The position numbers and the translations under genes were made by a program. Shown piece after piece: positions 20,454 to 29,743 of a stretch of DNA of 64,000 bases. A model generated the notes under the pieces. The model ran no database searches, was not told the origin of the DNA, and saw only the letters and a list, made by a program, of their open reading frames with translations. The stretch spans positions 288,001-352,000 of the forward strand of contig CAVOGR010000007.1 of assembly GCA_963695555.1 (NCBI GenBank), given 5' to 3'. This DNA is from an uncultured Gemmatimonadales bacterium (GTDB lineage Bacteria; Gemmatimonadota; Gemmatimonadetes; Gemmatimonadales; GWC2-71-9). The stretch's first letter is position 1, and each line of letters opens with the position of its first letter.

Positions 20454-21502
20454 ATGGCAGGCATCGTCGGCTACGGGGCGTACATCCCGCGCAACCGCAT
20501 CACGACCGAAGAGATCGCCCGGCAGTGGGGCAAGGACCCGGACGCGATCCAGACGGGGCTGCTGCTCGAGGAGAAGTCGGTCCCCGGCCTCGACGAGGAC
20601 ACCATCACCATCTCGGTGGCCGCGGGACGCGCGGCACTCGAGCGGGCCGGCATCGACCCGCAGCGGATCGGCGCGGTCTACATCGGCTCGGAGTCCCACC
20701 CCTACGCCGTCAAGCCCAGCGGCACGGTCGTGATCGACGCGCTGGGCATCGGCCCCGACGTGCACGTCGCCGACTTCGAGTTCGCCTGCAAGGCCGGCAC
20801 CGAGGCGATGTTCGTCGCGCTGGGCCTGGTCGAGTCGGGCCGCGTCGAGTACGCCATGGGCGATCGGCGCCGACACCTCGCAGGGCGCGCCCAACGACGC
20901 GCTCGAGTTCTCCGCCTCGGCGGGCGGCGCGGCGTACATCTTCGGCAAGGACGAACTCCTGGTCGAGGTGCTCGAGACCTACAGCTTCACCACCGACACG
21001 CCGGACTTCTGGCGGCGCGAGGGCGAGTTCTACCCGCGCCACGGCGGCCGCTTCACCGGCGAGCCGGCCTACTTCAAGCACGTCCTGGCCGCGACGCGCG
21101 GGATCCTGGAGAAGACCGGGATGCAAGCCGGCGGACTTCCGCTACGCCGTCTTCCACATGCCCAACGGCAAGTTCCCGCTGCCGGCGGGCAAGACGCTGG
21201 GCTTCACGAGGAGCAGATCGAGACGGGCTGGGTCGTGCCCACGATGGGCAACACCTACTCCGGCTCGTCGCCGACCGGCCTCGCGGCCGTTCTGGACGTG
21301 GCCGATCCCGACGACCTGATCCTGATCACGTCGTTCGGCTCGGGCGCCGGGCAGCGACTCGTTCGTGCTCAAGGCGACCGACCTGCTGCCCGAGCGGCGC
21401 GACCTCGCGCCGACCGTGCGATCGATGCTCGACGGTCCGCGGCGCTACCTGACCTACGGCGAGTACGCCAAGTACCGCGAGAAGATCATCGTCATGAACT
21501 GA
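20454..21502 (+). CDS. Archaeal-type hydroxymethylglutaryl-CoA synthase, interrupted by about 4 single-base indels
   Basis: [29 protein letters not shown] (catalytic Cys), [34 protein letters not shown] and SFGSGAGSD motifs spread across frames; shifts near 20859, 21124, 21208 and 21350. Confidence 0.85.
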
Positions 21503-21526
21503 CGGCGTGCAGAGGGAGCGACGACC

Positions 21527-22689
21527 ATGCGCGAGGTGGCAATCGTCGCAGCCGGCATGACCCGCTTCGGCGAGCTCTGGCAGTCGAGCCTGCGCGACCT
21601 GTTCGTCGAGGCGGCCCTGGAGGCGCTTGACGCAGCGCGGGGGCCGACCACCTCGACGCGATCTACGTCGGCAACATGTCGGGCGGGCAGTTCGTGGGCC
21701 AGGAGCACCTCGGCCCGCTGATGGCCGACCACCTCGGCATGGCCGGCGTGCCCGCGACCCGGGTCGAGTCGGCCTGCGCGTCGGGCGGCGTCGCACTGCG
21801 GGCCGGCGTTCTTCGAGGTGGCCTCGGGCATGAGCGACCTGGTGCTGGCCGCCGGCGTCGAGAAGATGACCGACGGCGCCGACGTGACCGACGTGCTGGC
21901 CACCGCGGCCGACCAGGAGACCGAGGTCTACCACGGGATCACCTTCCCGGGGCTGTACGCGATGATCGCGCGGGCCCACATGGACGCCCAGTCGGGACCA
22001 CCGAGGAGGATCTGGCCTGGGTGTCGGTCAAGAACCACCGCCACGGCGCGCTGAACCCCAAGGCGCAGTTCCGGCGCGAGGTCACGCTGGAGCAGGTGCA
22101 TGAATTCGACGCATGGTCGCCGAGCCGCTGCGACTGCTGCACTGCTCGCCCGGTCAGCGACGGCGCCGCGGCGGTGCTGCTCTGCCCGCTCGACCAGGCG
22201 CAAGAAGTACACCGACCGCCGGTCAAGATCCTCGGCAGCGGGCTGGCCACGGCGCCGATGGCGCTGGCCGATCGCGAGAGGATCCCGCCTTCCTCGACGC
22301 CGTGGCCAGCTGTCGGCCGAGCGCGCCTACGAGATGGCCGGCGTCGGCCCGGACGACATCCAGCGTCGCCGAGGTGCACGACTGCTTCTCCATCGCCGAG
22401 ATCTGCTGCATCGAGGCGCTCGGCCTCGTCGAGCCGCGGCGAGGGCGGCCAGGCGGCCCGCGGCGGGCTGACCGCGCTCGGCGGACGCATCCCGGTCAAC
22501 ACCAGCGGCGGCCTGAAGTCCAAGGGGCACCCGGTGGGCGCCACCGGGATCGCCCAGGCGATCGAGATCTTCGAGCAGCTGCGCGGCGAGGCCGGCGAGC
22601 GGCAGGTGAAGGGCGCGCGACTCGGCCTGACCCAGAACATGGGCGGATCCGGGGCGAGCTCCGTCGTCCACATCTTCCAGGGGGTCTGA
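21527..22689 (+). CDS. Archaeal/SCP2-type acetyl-CoA acetyltransferase (thiolase), multiply frameshifted
   Basis: [49 protein letters not shown] and [14 protein letters not shown] motifs across several frames. Confidence 0.85.
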
Positions 22690-22691
22690 TC

Positions 22692-23085
22692 ATGCCGAGC
22701 CCGAGATACTGGAGAGAGATCCCGAGCCGGTTCCGCCTCGAGGCGGCCCGCTGCAGCGGGTGCGGCAAGGTGATCTACCCCGCCCGGCGCGTCTGTCCCG
22801 AGTGCCGCGGGACGGACATCGGAGCCGATGACGCTGTCGCGGAAGGCGAAGGTCGTCACCTCGACCGTGGTCCACGTGCCGCCCGACGACCTTCTCATGG
22901 AAGCGCCGTACGCGATGGCGGTCGTCGAGACGCCCGAGGGCGCCCGGCTGATGGCCCAGGTGGTGGACTGCGACCCGGAGACCGTGCTGCCGGGCATGGA
23001 GGTGTCGCTCGAGTTCCGCCTGATCCGCAAGGAAGGCCACGGCGGCATCCTCTGCTACGGCCACAAGGGAGTTCCCATCGCGTAA
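22692..23085 (+). CDS. DUF35 Zn-ribbon/OB-fold protein, one frameshift near 22821
   Basis: MPSPRYWREIPSRFRL..RC..CG...P.R.VCPEC, then the OB fold ending FRLI...G.LCYGHK. Confidence 0.85.
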
Positions 23086-23112
23086 GCGTCAGGGCTCCCG
23101 CTGGGAGGAGTC

Positions 23113-23283
23113 ATGCCGAAGGTGACAATCGAGGCCGAGGTGAGCGAGGCGTGCTACCACAGCTACGAGGTGGAAGCGAAGCGCCAGGGTGTGCCGATCG
23201 AGGCGTTGGTGGAGCGCACTGTAAACGTGCTGCTCAAAGAGAAAGAGTGCGAGGAGGATAGCGACCCCATCTATTTGCCGTGA
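23113..23283 (+). CDS. 56-aa hypothetical protein, ribbon-helix-helix-like (absent from ORF track)
   Basis: GGAGGAG RBS; MPKVTIEAEVSEACYHSYEVEAKRQGVPIEALVERTVNVLLKEKECEEDSDPIYLP. Confidence 0.6.
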   Translation: MPKVTIEAEVSEACYHSYEVEAKRQGVPIEALVERTVNVLLKEKECEEDSDPIYLP

Positions 23284-23303
23284 GTCCGAAGTGCCGGTCT
23301 GTG

Positions 23304-23530
23304 GGCTAATGGCTATTGGCTACCGCACAGCTCCCCGCACCCCGCTAACAGCTATCAGCTAACTGCTATCGGCCAGCGACCGCCAGGATGACCATTTGCA
23401 GAGACCGATAGCCGATAGCGGAGTATCTTGGACTGGTCTCTCCCTCGCATCCCAGCCGTTTGCCATTAGCCATCTTCCCTGACCCGACTCCCTACCGCCT
23501 ACTTCCCGACCTCCCGACCTCCCGACTCCC
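23304..23530. repeat. Short tandem heptamer/octamer repeats in nested inverted orientation
   Basis: GCTAATG-GCTATTG-GCTA, GCTAACA-GCTATCA-GCTAACT-GCTATCG, reverse copies CGATAGC x2 and CATTAGC, and (C/T)TCCCGAC x3. Confidence 0.6.
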
Positions 23531-24809
23531 TCCTCCGACACCACACCAGCGCAAACGGCAACCCCGTGGCGATGAACGCCAGATCCACCAGCGAAAGCAC
23601 CGGCTCGGAGATCAGGCGGAACAGGATGAGTGCCACGATTCCCGTCAGGTAAAGCAGCGGCACGACGGGATACCCGGGAACTTTGAACACGTCGGGACCC
23701 CCGACGCCTTCGCGTCTGAAGCGGAACAGCGCGAGCGTGGTGAAGGCGTAGAAGATGAGGATGGCGAACGTCATGCCCGCCACGATGGTCTCGAAGTTCT
23801 GCCGTACCAGGAGGATCACAGCCGCCCAGACGCAGTGCACCACGATGGCCCGTGACGGAGTGCGAAACCTGGGGTGCACGTAGTCAAGCCACTTGAAGAA
23901 CAGGCCGTCCCGCGCCATGGCGTAGTACACCCGCGGCGCCGCGGTGACCGTGCCGTTGATGCTGCCCGTGGTCGAGACGATCACCAGCACCGCCACGAGC
24001 CCGGCGCCGATCGGCCCGAGAACTCGAATCATGGCGTCCGAGGCGACGATGGTGCTGGCCCTGACACCCTCCATGCCCAGCACGTGATGGTACATCACGT
24101 TGGTCAGGAGGTAGAGAACCGCCACCGTCGCCATACTGACAACCAGGCTCGGGGGAAGCACCCGGCGCGGGTTCTTCATTTCGCCGGCCACATAGCCCAA
24201 CCGGTCCCAGCCGAGGTAGGAGAACACGATCAACAGGAACGCGGCACTGGCGTTGCCCAGCGGCCCCAAGGTCGCCGTCGCCGGCGCGGTGGTGGCCAGC
24301 AGGCTCGGCTCGCCGCGGCTCGCGGCGAGCCCGACGACCGCCAGGAGCAGGAGCCCGCACGCCTTGATGACCGATGAGGGCCGCTGGTAGAAGGCGGCCC
24401 ACTGGATGCCGATGTAGTTGAGCGTGCCCAGGGTGGCGATGGTGCCCAGCGCCACGAACGTCTTCCCCGTATCGGTCAGCGGCACGAAGAAGCCCAGGTA
24501 GTTGGCGGTGATGATGGCGAGACCGGCGCCCGGGCTGGTGCGGATGATGAACAGCTGGGCCCACCCGAAGATGAACCCCATGTAGGGCCCGAAGCAGCGG
24601 CTCAGGTAGACGTACTCGCCCCCGGTTTCCGGCAGCCGCGTGCCCAGTTCGGCGTAGATCAGGCCGCCGACGAGGGCGAGGAGGCCGCCCAGGATCCAGT
24701 AGAACGCGATCCAGGCGAAGGAGGAGTGGTAGCCGGCAATGATCTGCGGGGTGGAGAAGATGCCAGCGCCGATGGTGATGCCGACGACGATGCTCACGCC
24801 GTCGAACAC
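23499..24809 (-). CDS. APC family amino acid permease (true start probably upstream, near 24888, with a 1-nt shift)
   Basis: IGAGIF, YAELG...GGEYVYL, EMKNP.R and PRV.YAMARDG motifs; the in-frame LRKALG TM1 lead-in lies upstream of the GTG. Confidence 0.9.
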   Translation of the reverse strand: MFDGVSIVVGITIGAGIFSTPQIIAGYHSSFAWIAFYWILGGLLALVGGLIYAELGTRLPETGGEYVYLSRCFGPYMGFIFGWAQLFIIRTSPGAGLAIITANYLGFFVPLTDTGKTFVALGTIATLGTLNYIGIQWAAFYQRPSSVIKACGLLLLAVVGLAASRGEPSLLATTAPATATLGPLGNASAAFLLIVFSYLGWDRLGYVAGEMKNPRRVLPPSLVVSMATVAVLYLLTNVMYHHVLGMEGVRASTIVASDAMIRVLGPIGAGLVAVLVIVSTTGSINGTVTAAPRVYYAMARDGLFFKWLDYVHPRFRTPSRAIVVHCVWAAVILLVRQNFETIVAGMTFAILIFYAFTTLALFRFRREGVGGPDVFKVPGYPVVPLLYLTGIVALILFRLISEPVLSLVDLAFIATGLPFALVWCRRRESGGREVGK

Positions 24810-24900
24810 ACCGAGCGCTTTCCGGAGCGTTGGGGCGGAAGTGGCCGGTGCCGTCAGAGTGTCACCAAAGACGGGTCGGTTGAGTCATCGTTGCCTTTAC

Positions 24901-25929
24901 TCAAGTCACCTCGACAGTTCCGCCACAGGTTGACCCCGGAGCCAGAGCACTGATCTCACGGGTAAGGATTCGAAGATGTCGCCCCTCCCGGTTCGAACGC
25001 CAGGTCGACGCGCACCTGGAGGCTAGCGTGGATCCCGCGAAGAGGAGGATGGTCGCCACCTTGCCGAGCCCAGCGACGACCAACATCAGCGCGGCGACCT
25101 GCTCCACGGGAACCGCCATCCCAGCCGCCAAGGTAATACCAATGGAAGCGAACAGGAGGTCCCGGTTGGTCACGAGGGGAAGGCGCGAGATTACGAGCGA
25201 AAGCGCCGCGTAGGAGCACCACACACGGAGCGGCACCTCCGGAATGGCCACCGCCCACATGGCGATCTGCACCGCCTGCTCGAGTGCGAACCGCGCGGCA
25301 TGAACCCCAAAAATCACCAGCGCCGTACCCGGCGCCATCGCAAAGATATGCCGGCGGAACCGGATGCCGACGGCGACGAGCCCAAGCGTCACGACCGTGC
25401 CAGCAATCAGAAGGGGCATGCCCCGCGGGCCGATCCAAGCGGTAAGACTCGTCCTGCTGAGGGAGAGGAACGCAACGACTAGGACGAGGGCGACCAGGGT
25501 AGAGGCTGCCGAGGAGACGATGTTCTGATCGCGGATGTCCCTGGCGATATCGAGGCTCGGACGATCGACCTGGCGGCGTGCCCATGTGAAGAAGAAGACC
25601 TCGCCCGAGTACTGGAAGATCTCACGATTGTAGATGCGCTTCTTGATGAAAATTGGGAGACTCTTCCAGGCATGCAACGGCCAGATGACCCGGTACGCAA
25701 CCATCTCGCTCAGCGGCAGCCACACATAGAACATTGCAAACAGCAGGTAGAACAGCGGATTGACCGGTAACTCCGTTCGGAGCGTCGACCAGGCGACTCC
25801 CTTCAGTGAATAGGCCAACAGGCCGAGGATCCCAAGCGCGAGGAGCGCCTGCGTGGTTCTTAGCACCAGGCGGCTGTGCCGCCATGCGGCGAACGCTGTC
25901 CAGTGCCTACGAAGGGTGTTGCGCAACAT
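24901..25929 (-). CDS. Multi-pass membrane protein (lysylphosphatidylglycerol synthase TM/flippase-like)
   Basis: About 8 hydrophobic helices; YSGE.FF..W motif; overlaps the upstream NTP transferase. Confidence 0.55.
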   Translation of the reverse strand: MLRNTLRRHWTAFAAWRHSRLVLRTTQALLALGILGLLAYSLKGVAWSTLRTELPVNPLFYLLFAMFYVWLPLSEMVAYRVIWPLHAWKSLPIFIKKRIYNREIFQYSGEVFFFTWARRQVDRPSLDIARDIRDQNIVSSAASTLVALVLVVAFLSLSRTSLTAWIGPRGMPLLIAGTVVTLGLVAVGIRFRRHIFAMAPGTALVIFGVHAARFALEQAVQIAMWAVAIPEVPLRVWCSYAALSLVISRLPLVTNRDLLFASIGITLAAGMAVPVEQVAALMLVVAGLGKVATILLFAGSTLASRCASTWRSNREGRHLRILTREISALAPGSTCGGTVEVT

Positions 25930-26791
25930 GACGCAGCCGTGCGGGAGCGAATGGCGAGGCAGAACGCGGAACCTCGAGCGAGAGAATCTCCCGCACCAGG
26001 ATCAGGTCGCTCAAGCGGTCCACGTCCACGGCGGCTTCGGCGAAGGGCAGCGGAATGGCCTGGACCCGGGCGCCGATCACCCGGGAAGCGCGTCGCATGG
26101 CGGAGTCCAGATCCAACAAGCGGAGTATGAAGAGGAGCAAGGCAAACGGGCCGAAGGCTCGGGCCAGCCGCCATGGCTTCTTCCGCAATTCCTCGACTCG
26201 GGTCCAGAATTCCGCCCCGCGCTTCGCCTCGGGAGTACGGAATACGAAGAGATTCGCTCCCGAGTACCTCTCCCCACGGAAGGGAATGTAGGTCCGCTTC
26301 GATTCGGGGAAGCGAGCGCGGACCCGCGATGCCGCAACCAGCCCGAACGCAAGGTCGGGCTCGCCTTGTTCCGCTCCCGCCAGGAAGCACTCGACCATCT
26401 CCGGCGTTAACAGCGCGTGGTCCGCGGTCGTGACCAGGAGCGGGGTGTCGGCGGGCATCGCGTTCAGGACCTGTAACACTCTCCGACTTGCCGACTGCTC
26501 ACCGTGGATGAGCTCGATGCTGCCGTCTGTTTCGAGACGTGCCAGATTGGGGAACCGGCGTAGCACGTCGGGAGCATCGGTGCTGACCAAAATTCGCTCG
26601 ATGCTCGACACGGTCCCCAGGGTGTCAGCGACGCGTTCGAGCATCGGTGCGCCGTGCACGTCGAGCAGCGCGCGATGAGGGGCGCCGGCTTCCTCGGCCA
26701 GCACATCGACGCCGTGGCGGCGGCCGGCCAGGATGAGGGCGGTGTAGCGGGGCTTGGGCTCGACAGGTTCGAGCGGGCTGTGCTGTTGCAT
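25907..26791 (-). CDS. MobA-like nucleotidyltransferase
   Basis: ALILAG, LLVTTADHALL, YSGANLF, RKKPW and AVDVD motifs; GGAGG RBS before ATG 26791. Confidence 0.85.
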   Translation of the reverse strand: MQQHSPLEPVEPKPRYTALILAGRRHGVDVLAEEAGAPHRALLDVHGAPMLERVADTLGTVSSIERILVSTDAPDVLRRFPNLARLETDGSIELIHGEQSASRRVLQVLNAMPADTPLLVTTADHALLTPEMVECFLAGAEQGEPDLAFGLVAASRVRARFPESKRTYIPFRGERYSGANLFVFRTPEAKRGAEFWTRVEELRKKPWRLARAFGPFALLLFILRLLDLDSAMRRASRVIGARVQAIPLPFAEAAVDVDRLSDLILVREILSLEVPRSASPFAPARLRHVAQHPS

Positions 26792-26879
26792 GGTCACCTC
26801 CAGGCTACGTGCTGACTGATAGCTACGTGCCCGGCGTGACCTGGCCGTGACCCCATGCCACTACTCTGGAGCAGAAAGA

Positions 26880-26908
26880 GCCCCGAGCACCTCTATAGTG
26901 CTCGGGGC
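26880..26908 (-). terminator. Rho-independent terminator after protease pair
   Basis: GCCCCGAGCAC/GTGCTCGGGGC stem followed by TCTTTC on the minus strand. Confidence 0.55.
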
Positions 26909-26947
26909 CTCGTGGGACACCTCAATCGAGGGAAGATACCGTCAGTC

Positions 26948-27313
26948 TTACGGCTCGTGCGGGCGAAGCTCGCCCGTCACTTCCACCTCGACAGGAAAGC
27001 CGCGGAAGGCTTCGGGTATGTGAGAACGAAGCTCTGCGTCGTCGCGAGCGAGGTAGACCTTGATGCACGGGGTCTCCCCGCAGAGGCCGATGCCCGTCCC
27101 CACCACACCCGGCAGGGACATGACGCGTTCGGTCAGGGCTTCTTGTGCGGCGACGATCGTGGTGTCGACCATGGCACTCTCCTCTTCGAGGCCTGGTATC
27201 GTGCCTCGGCCCCCTCCCCCTCCGCCGGCACAGGCGGCGGCAACGCCAAGCGACGCCACCATGCAGCCCATGGCGACCACCCACCTGGAGCGAATCATCC
27301 TGGCTCTCCGCAT
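26948..27313 (-). CDS. Small lipoprotein homologous to the N-terminal domain of the upstream protease
   Basis: Lipobox VAAAC; VMSLPGVVGTGIG...IKVY...IP...GFPVEVEVTGEL. Confidence 0.7.
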   Translation of the reverse strand: MRRARMIRSRWVVAMGCMVASLGVAAACAGGGGGGRGTIPGLEEESAMVDTTIVAAQEALTERVMSLPGVVGTGIGLCGETPCIKVYLARDDAELRSHIPEAFRGFPVEVEVTGELRPHEP

Positions 27314-27320
27314 CGTTCAC

Positions 27321-28436
27321 TCAGTTCCCGTCGATCGTCACTCCGAACCGGGTCAGCACCGGGTCGATCGGGTTGGCGATCGTTACCGACGAAGATCCGG
27401 CGTAGAGCAGGCCGACCGGCTTCCGGTCGTCGTTCTTGGCCCTGCCCTTGCCGTCGACCACGATCAACGAGCCCGAGTCCCCGCCGGCGCTAATGTTGGT
27501 GATGACGATCTGACCGGTGAAGCAGGCCACGCCCCTGTCGTAGCCGACGTTCACCGTCGCATTGACTGCGGTGATGTTTCCTTTGGTGAATCCCGTGGTC
27601 CGTCCGACCTTCATGACCTTCATGTTGACGGCCGGCGCGATCGTGGTGGACCTCGGCGTGCCGTAGCCGACCCCGGCGGGAGTCGAGTTCCCGACGAGGG
27701 CCGTGGTCGTTGCCGCAATGGCAGCGTCGATCACGTTTACGCAGGCCCCACTGAATACGATCGGTTCGTAGTCGGCCAGAGTGCCGATGTTGTCCGCCGG
27801 GCTCGAGCCGCCGTCGAAGGTGCCAGGCTGAATCAGGGCGTCTCCGACACTGGCTCGATTCTCATCGGCGTACACGTGGTTGTTGCTCAGGGCCCAGACG
27901 CTCGAGCCGTTGGTGACCCGCGCGCCGAGCGTGCCGGCCGTGATGGCTGGGTGGCCGGTCGAGACGCCAATGGGCACGGGACGGGGGTGCCGCTCGTCGA
28001 GGCCAGGTGGGGTGGGACCGGGGGGCGGACAGGGTGGGAGGTTCGGCTTGCCACAGGTCGGCTTGGCCTGTGGCGTCACCCGCTGCTGAAGCGCGACGAG
28101 TTCGCCGGTCACCATCACCTCGACCGGGACGCCGTCCAGTACCGTGGGCACGTTGGACAGGGCTTCCTTGGCGAGGATCTTGACCACGGGGCGGCCATTG
28201 GCGTTGAGGCCCACGGCGGTGCCGACCACACCGGGAAGCCCCATGAGGGCCTTGGTATGCCGCATCTGGACCGTGACGACCTGCTGACCTTGCGGGCTGG
28301 CGACGGAGAACTCGGGAACCGCGGGCTCCTGATCGGGCGCGGTGAACTCGCTCCGGCGGTCGGTGCAGGCGGACCAGAAGAGTCCGGCGACCAGCACCAG
28401 GCCGATCGACCACTTCATCCGATGGGTTGGCCTCAT
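27321..28436 (-). CDS. Trypsin-like (PA clan, Nal1-like) serine protease lipoprotein
   Basis: Lipobox WSAC; AGTLG, LSNNHV (His), IDAAIA (Asp), KVGRTTG.T.G and GDSGS (Ser). Confidence 0.85.
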   Translation of the reverse strand: MRPTHRMKWSIGLVLVAGLFWSACTDRRSEFTAPDQEPAVPEFSVASPQGQQVVTVQMRHTKALMGLPGVVGTAVGLNANGRPVVKILAKEALSNVPTVLDGVPVEVMVTGELVALQQRVTPQAKPTCGKPNLPPCPPPGPTPPGLDERHPRPVPIGVSTGHPAITAGTLGARVTNGSSVWALSNNHVYADENRASVGDALIQPGTFDGGSSPADNIGTLADYEPIVFSGACVNVIDAAIAATTTALVGNSTPAGVGYGTPRSTTIAPAVNMKVMKVGRTTGFTKGNITAVNATVNVGYDRGVACFTGQIVITNISAGGDSGSLIVVDGKGRAKNDDRKPVGLLYAGSSSVTIANPIDPVLTRFGVTIDGN

Positions 28437-28585
28437 GGGGGAATCCTTTGAGGGAGGAGGCGTACAGGGCGGGGTCGTTTGGAGAGAGTGAGGAATCCGC
28501 CAGCCGATGTCAATACCTCGCGTGGCTTGACCTTCGCTTGATTCCCTCCCCCGAGCCTGGGGGTGCACTCAACCAGGAGAACACC

Positions 28586-28756
28586 GTGCGACGCCGCTGG
28601 ATGATCCTGACCGCCCTGCTGCTGGCTACGAGCCAGACCGCCTGCGAAATCGATCTGACCGGAGTCGGGGAGATCCTGTGCGGGGCGGTCGCCTCGGGCA
28701 CCCGACACTTCCCGAACGAGCAGCCCAAGGCCAACGAGTGTTCCGCGAAACGATGA
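28586..28756 (+). CDS. Small putative lipoprotein (56 aa)
   Basis: AGGAGA RBS before GTG; RRRW + hydrophobic stretch + QTAC; ends before a terminator hairpin. Confidence 0.45.
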   Translation: MRRRWMILTALLLATSQTACEIDLTGVGEILCGAVASGTRHFPNEQPKANECSAKR

Positions 28757-28770
28757 GTATCCCAAAAGCA

Positions 28771-28808
28771 AGCCCCGGGACGGTCCCGCAGGGGACCGTC
28801 CCGGGGCT
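28771..28808. terminator. Perfect 17-bp hairpin between convergent genes
   Basis: AGCCCCGGGACGGTCCC-GCAG-GGGACCGTCCCGGGGCT; T-run follows on the minus strand. Confidence 0.7.
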
Positions 28809-28820
28809 CGTTGGAGAAAG

Positions 28821-29297
28821 CTACTTCTTGAGGACGGTCTGCGACGTTCCCGCACCGCCGGTCACCGCCGACCAGTGCGATGCCCGGACCTTCCACTTGC
28901 CGCCTTCCTTGACGAAGACCTGGGTGACGCGGGTGAGGTAATTGCCCACTCCTGCCGAACCCTTGGGCTGCATCATTCCTTCCGAATAGTAGAGCGCCAC
29001 CGCGGCCTGACCCTCGACCAGCGGGATCACCTTGATGTGTTTGGCCGTGATGTTGATGGCGTCCCACTCGTCAGGCCTTCCGCTGGCCGGTATCTCGTTC
29101 AGGAGACCGCCGCTCGACCAGAATTCGAGCGCGCCCTGACTCGAGTAGCCATCCGGCCGGCTCATCAAGTTGGTGTTGACGTAGGCGTTCGCGTCGAGAA
29201 TGGTCTGCGTGACTTCCTTTTCGGTTTGCGATTGGCCGTGGGCCAGACTCGGGACAACGGCCAGTCCTGCAATCACCAGCGCGGCGACTACTTTCAT
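28821..29297 (-). CDS. Secreted NTF2/SnoaL-like (DUF4440) protein
   Basis: Signal peptide; C-terminal R.TQVFVKEGGKWKVRASHWS typical of NTF2-like folds; GGAGG RBS. Confidence 0.75.
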   Translation of the reverse strand: MKVVAALVIAGLAVVPSLAHGQSQTEKEVTQTILDANAYVNTNLMSRPDGYSSQGALEFWSSGGLLNEIPASGRPDEWDAINITAKHIKVIPLVEGQAAVALYYSEGMMQPKGSAGVGNYLTRVTQVFVKEGGKWKVRASHWSAVTGGAGTSQTVLKK

Positions 29298-29530
29298 TTC
29301 TGCTACCTCCGGTGGGGGACAGCTACTCCATGGGCACTACCAATCAGAGCCTCGCGGGATCCGAGGGCAGACAACAATACCGTCCCGGCCCATAGATAGC
29401 GAACTGCAGGGCGGCTCGGCCTTGCCAAACGCGGTTCCGGCCATGCATTGTCCATGGTCCCAACGGATTACTTCGAGACGGAACAAACCATACACCGCGG
29501 CGGCCCGCATCGTCGAGGAGGGCTGAGTTC

Positions 29531-29743
29531 ATGACGCAAGGCAGGTCTCAGGTCGGGCCACTGTGGATCGTGAGATGGCGCGAATGGCTGGGACTTCCCG
29601 ACCTCGGAATTCCCAAGATCAAGGTGAAGATCGATACGGGTGCGCACTCGTCCGCCCTGCATGCGTTCGACGTCCAGCAGTTCCGCCGCCATGGAAAGTC
29701 GATGCTCCGATTTCGGGTCCATCCGCTCGCCGCCGTGCAGTAG
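29531..29743 (+). pseudogene. Truncated RimK-associated retropepsin-like protease (ATP-dependent Zn protease family)
   Basis: WREWLGLPDLGI..IK.KIDTGA.SSALHAFD...RF.VHP, then a stop after 70 aa; family members are about twice as long. Confidence 0.7.

Noticed and set aside
20454..23085. PhlABC-like acyltransferase or programmed frameshifting
   Set aside because: The synthase keeps its catalytic Cys motif and HMGS-specific motifs; the indels are too many and lack slippery sites.
23304..23530. CRISPR array
   Set aside because: Units are 7-8 nt tandem repeats without spacers, and there are no cas genes.
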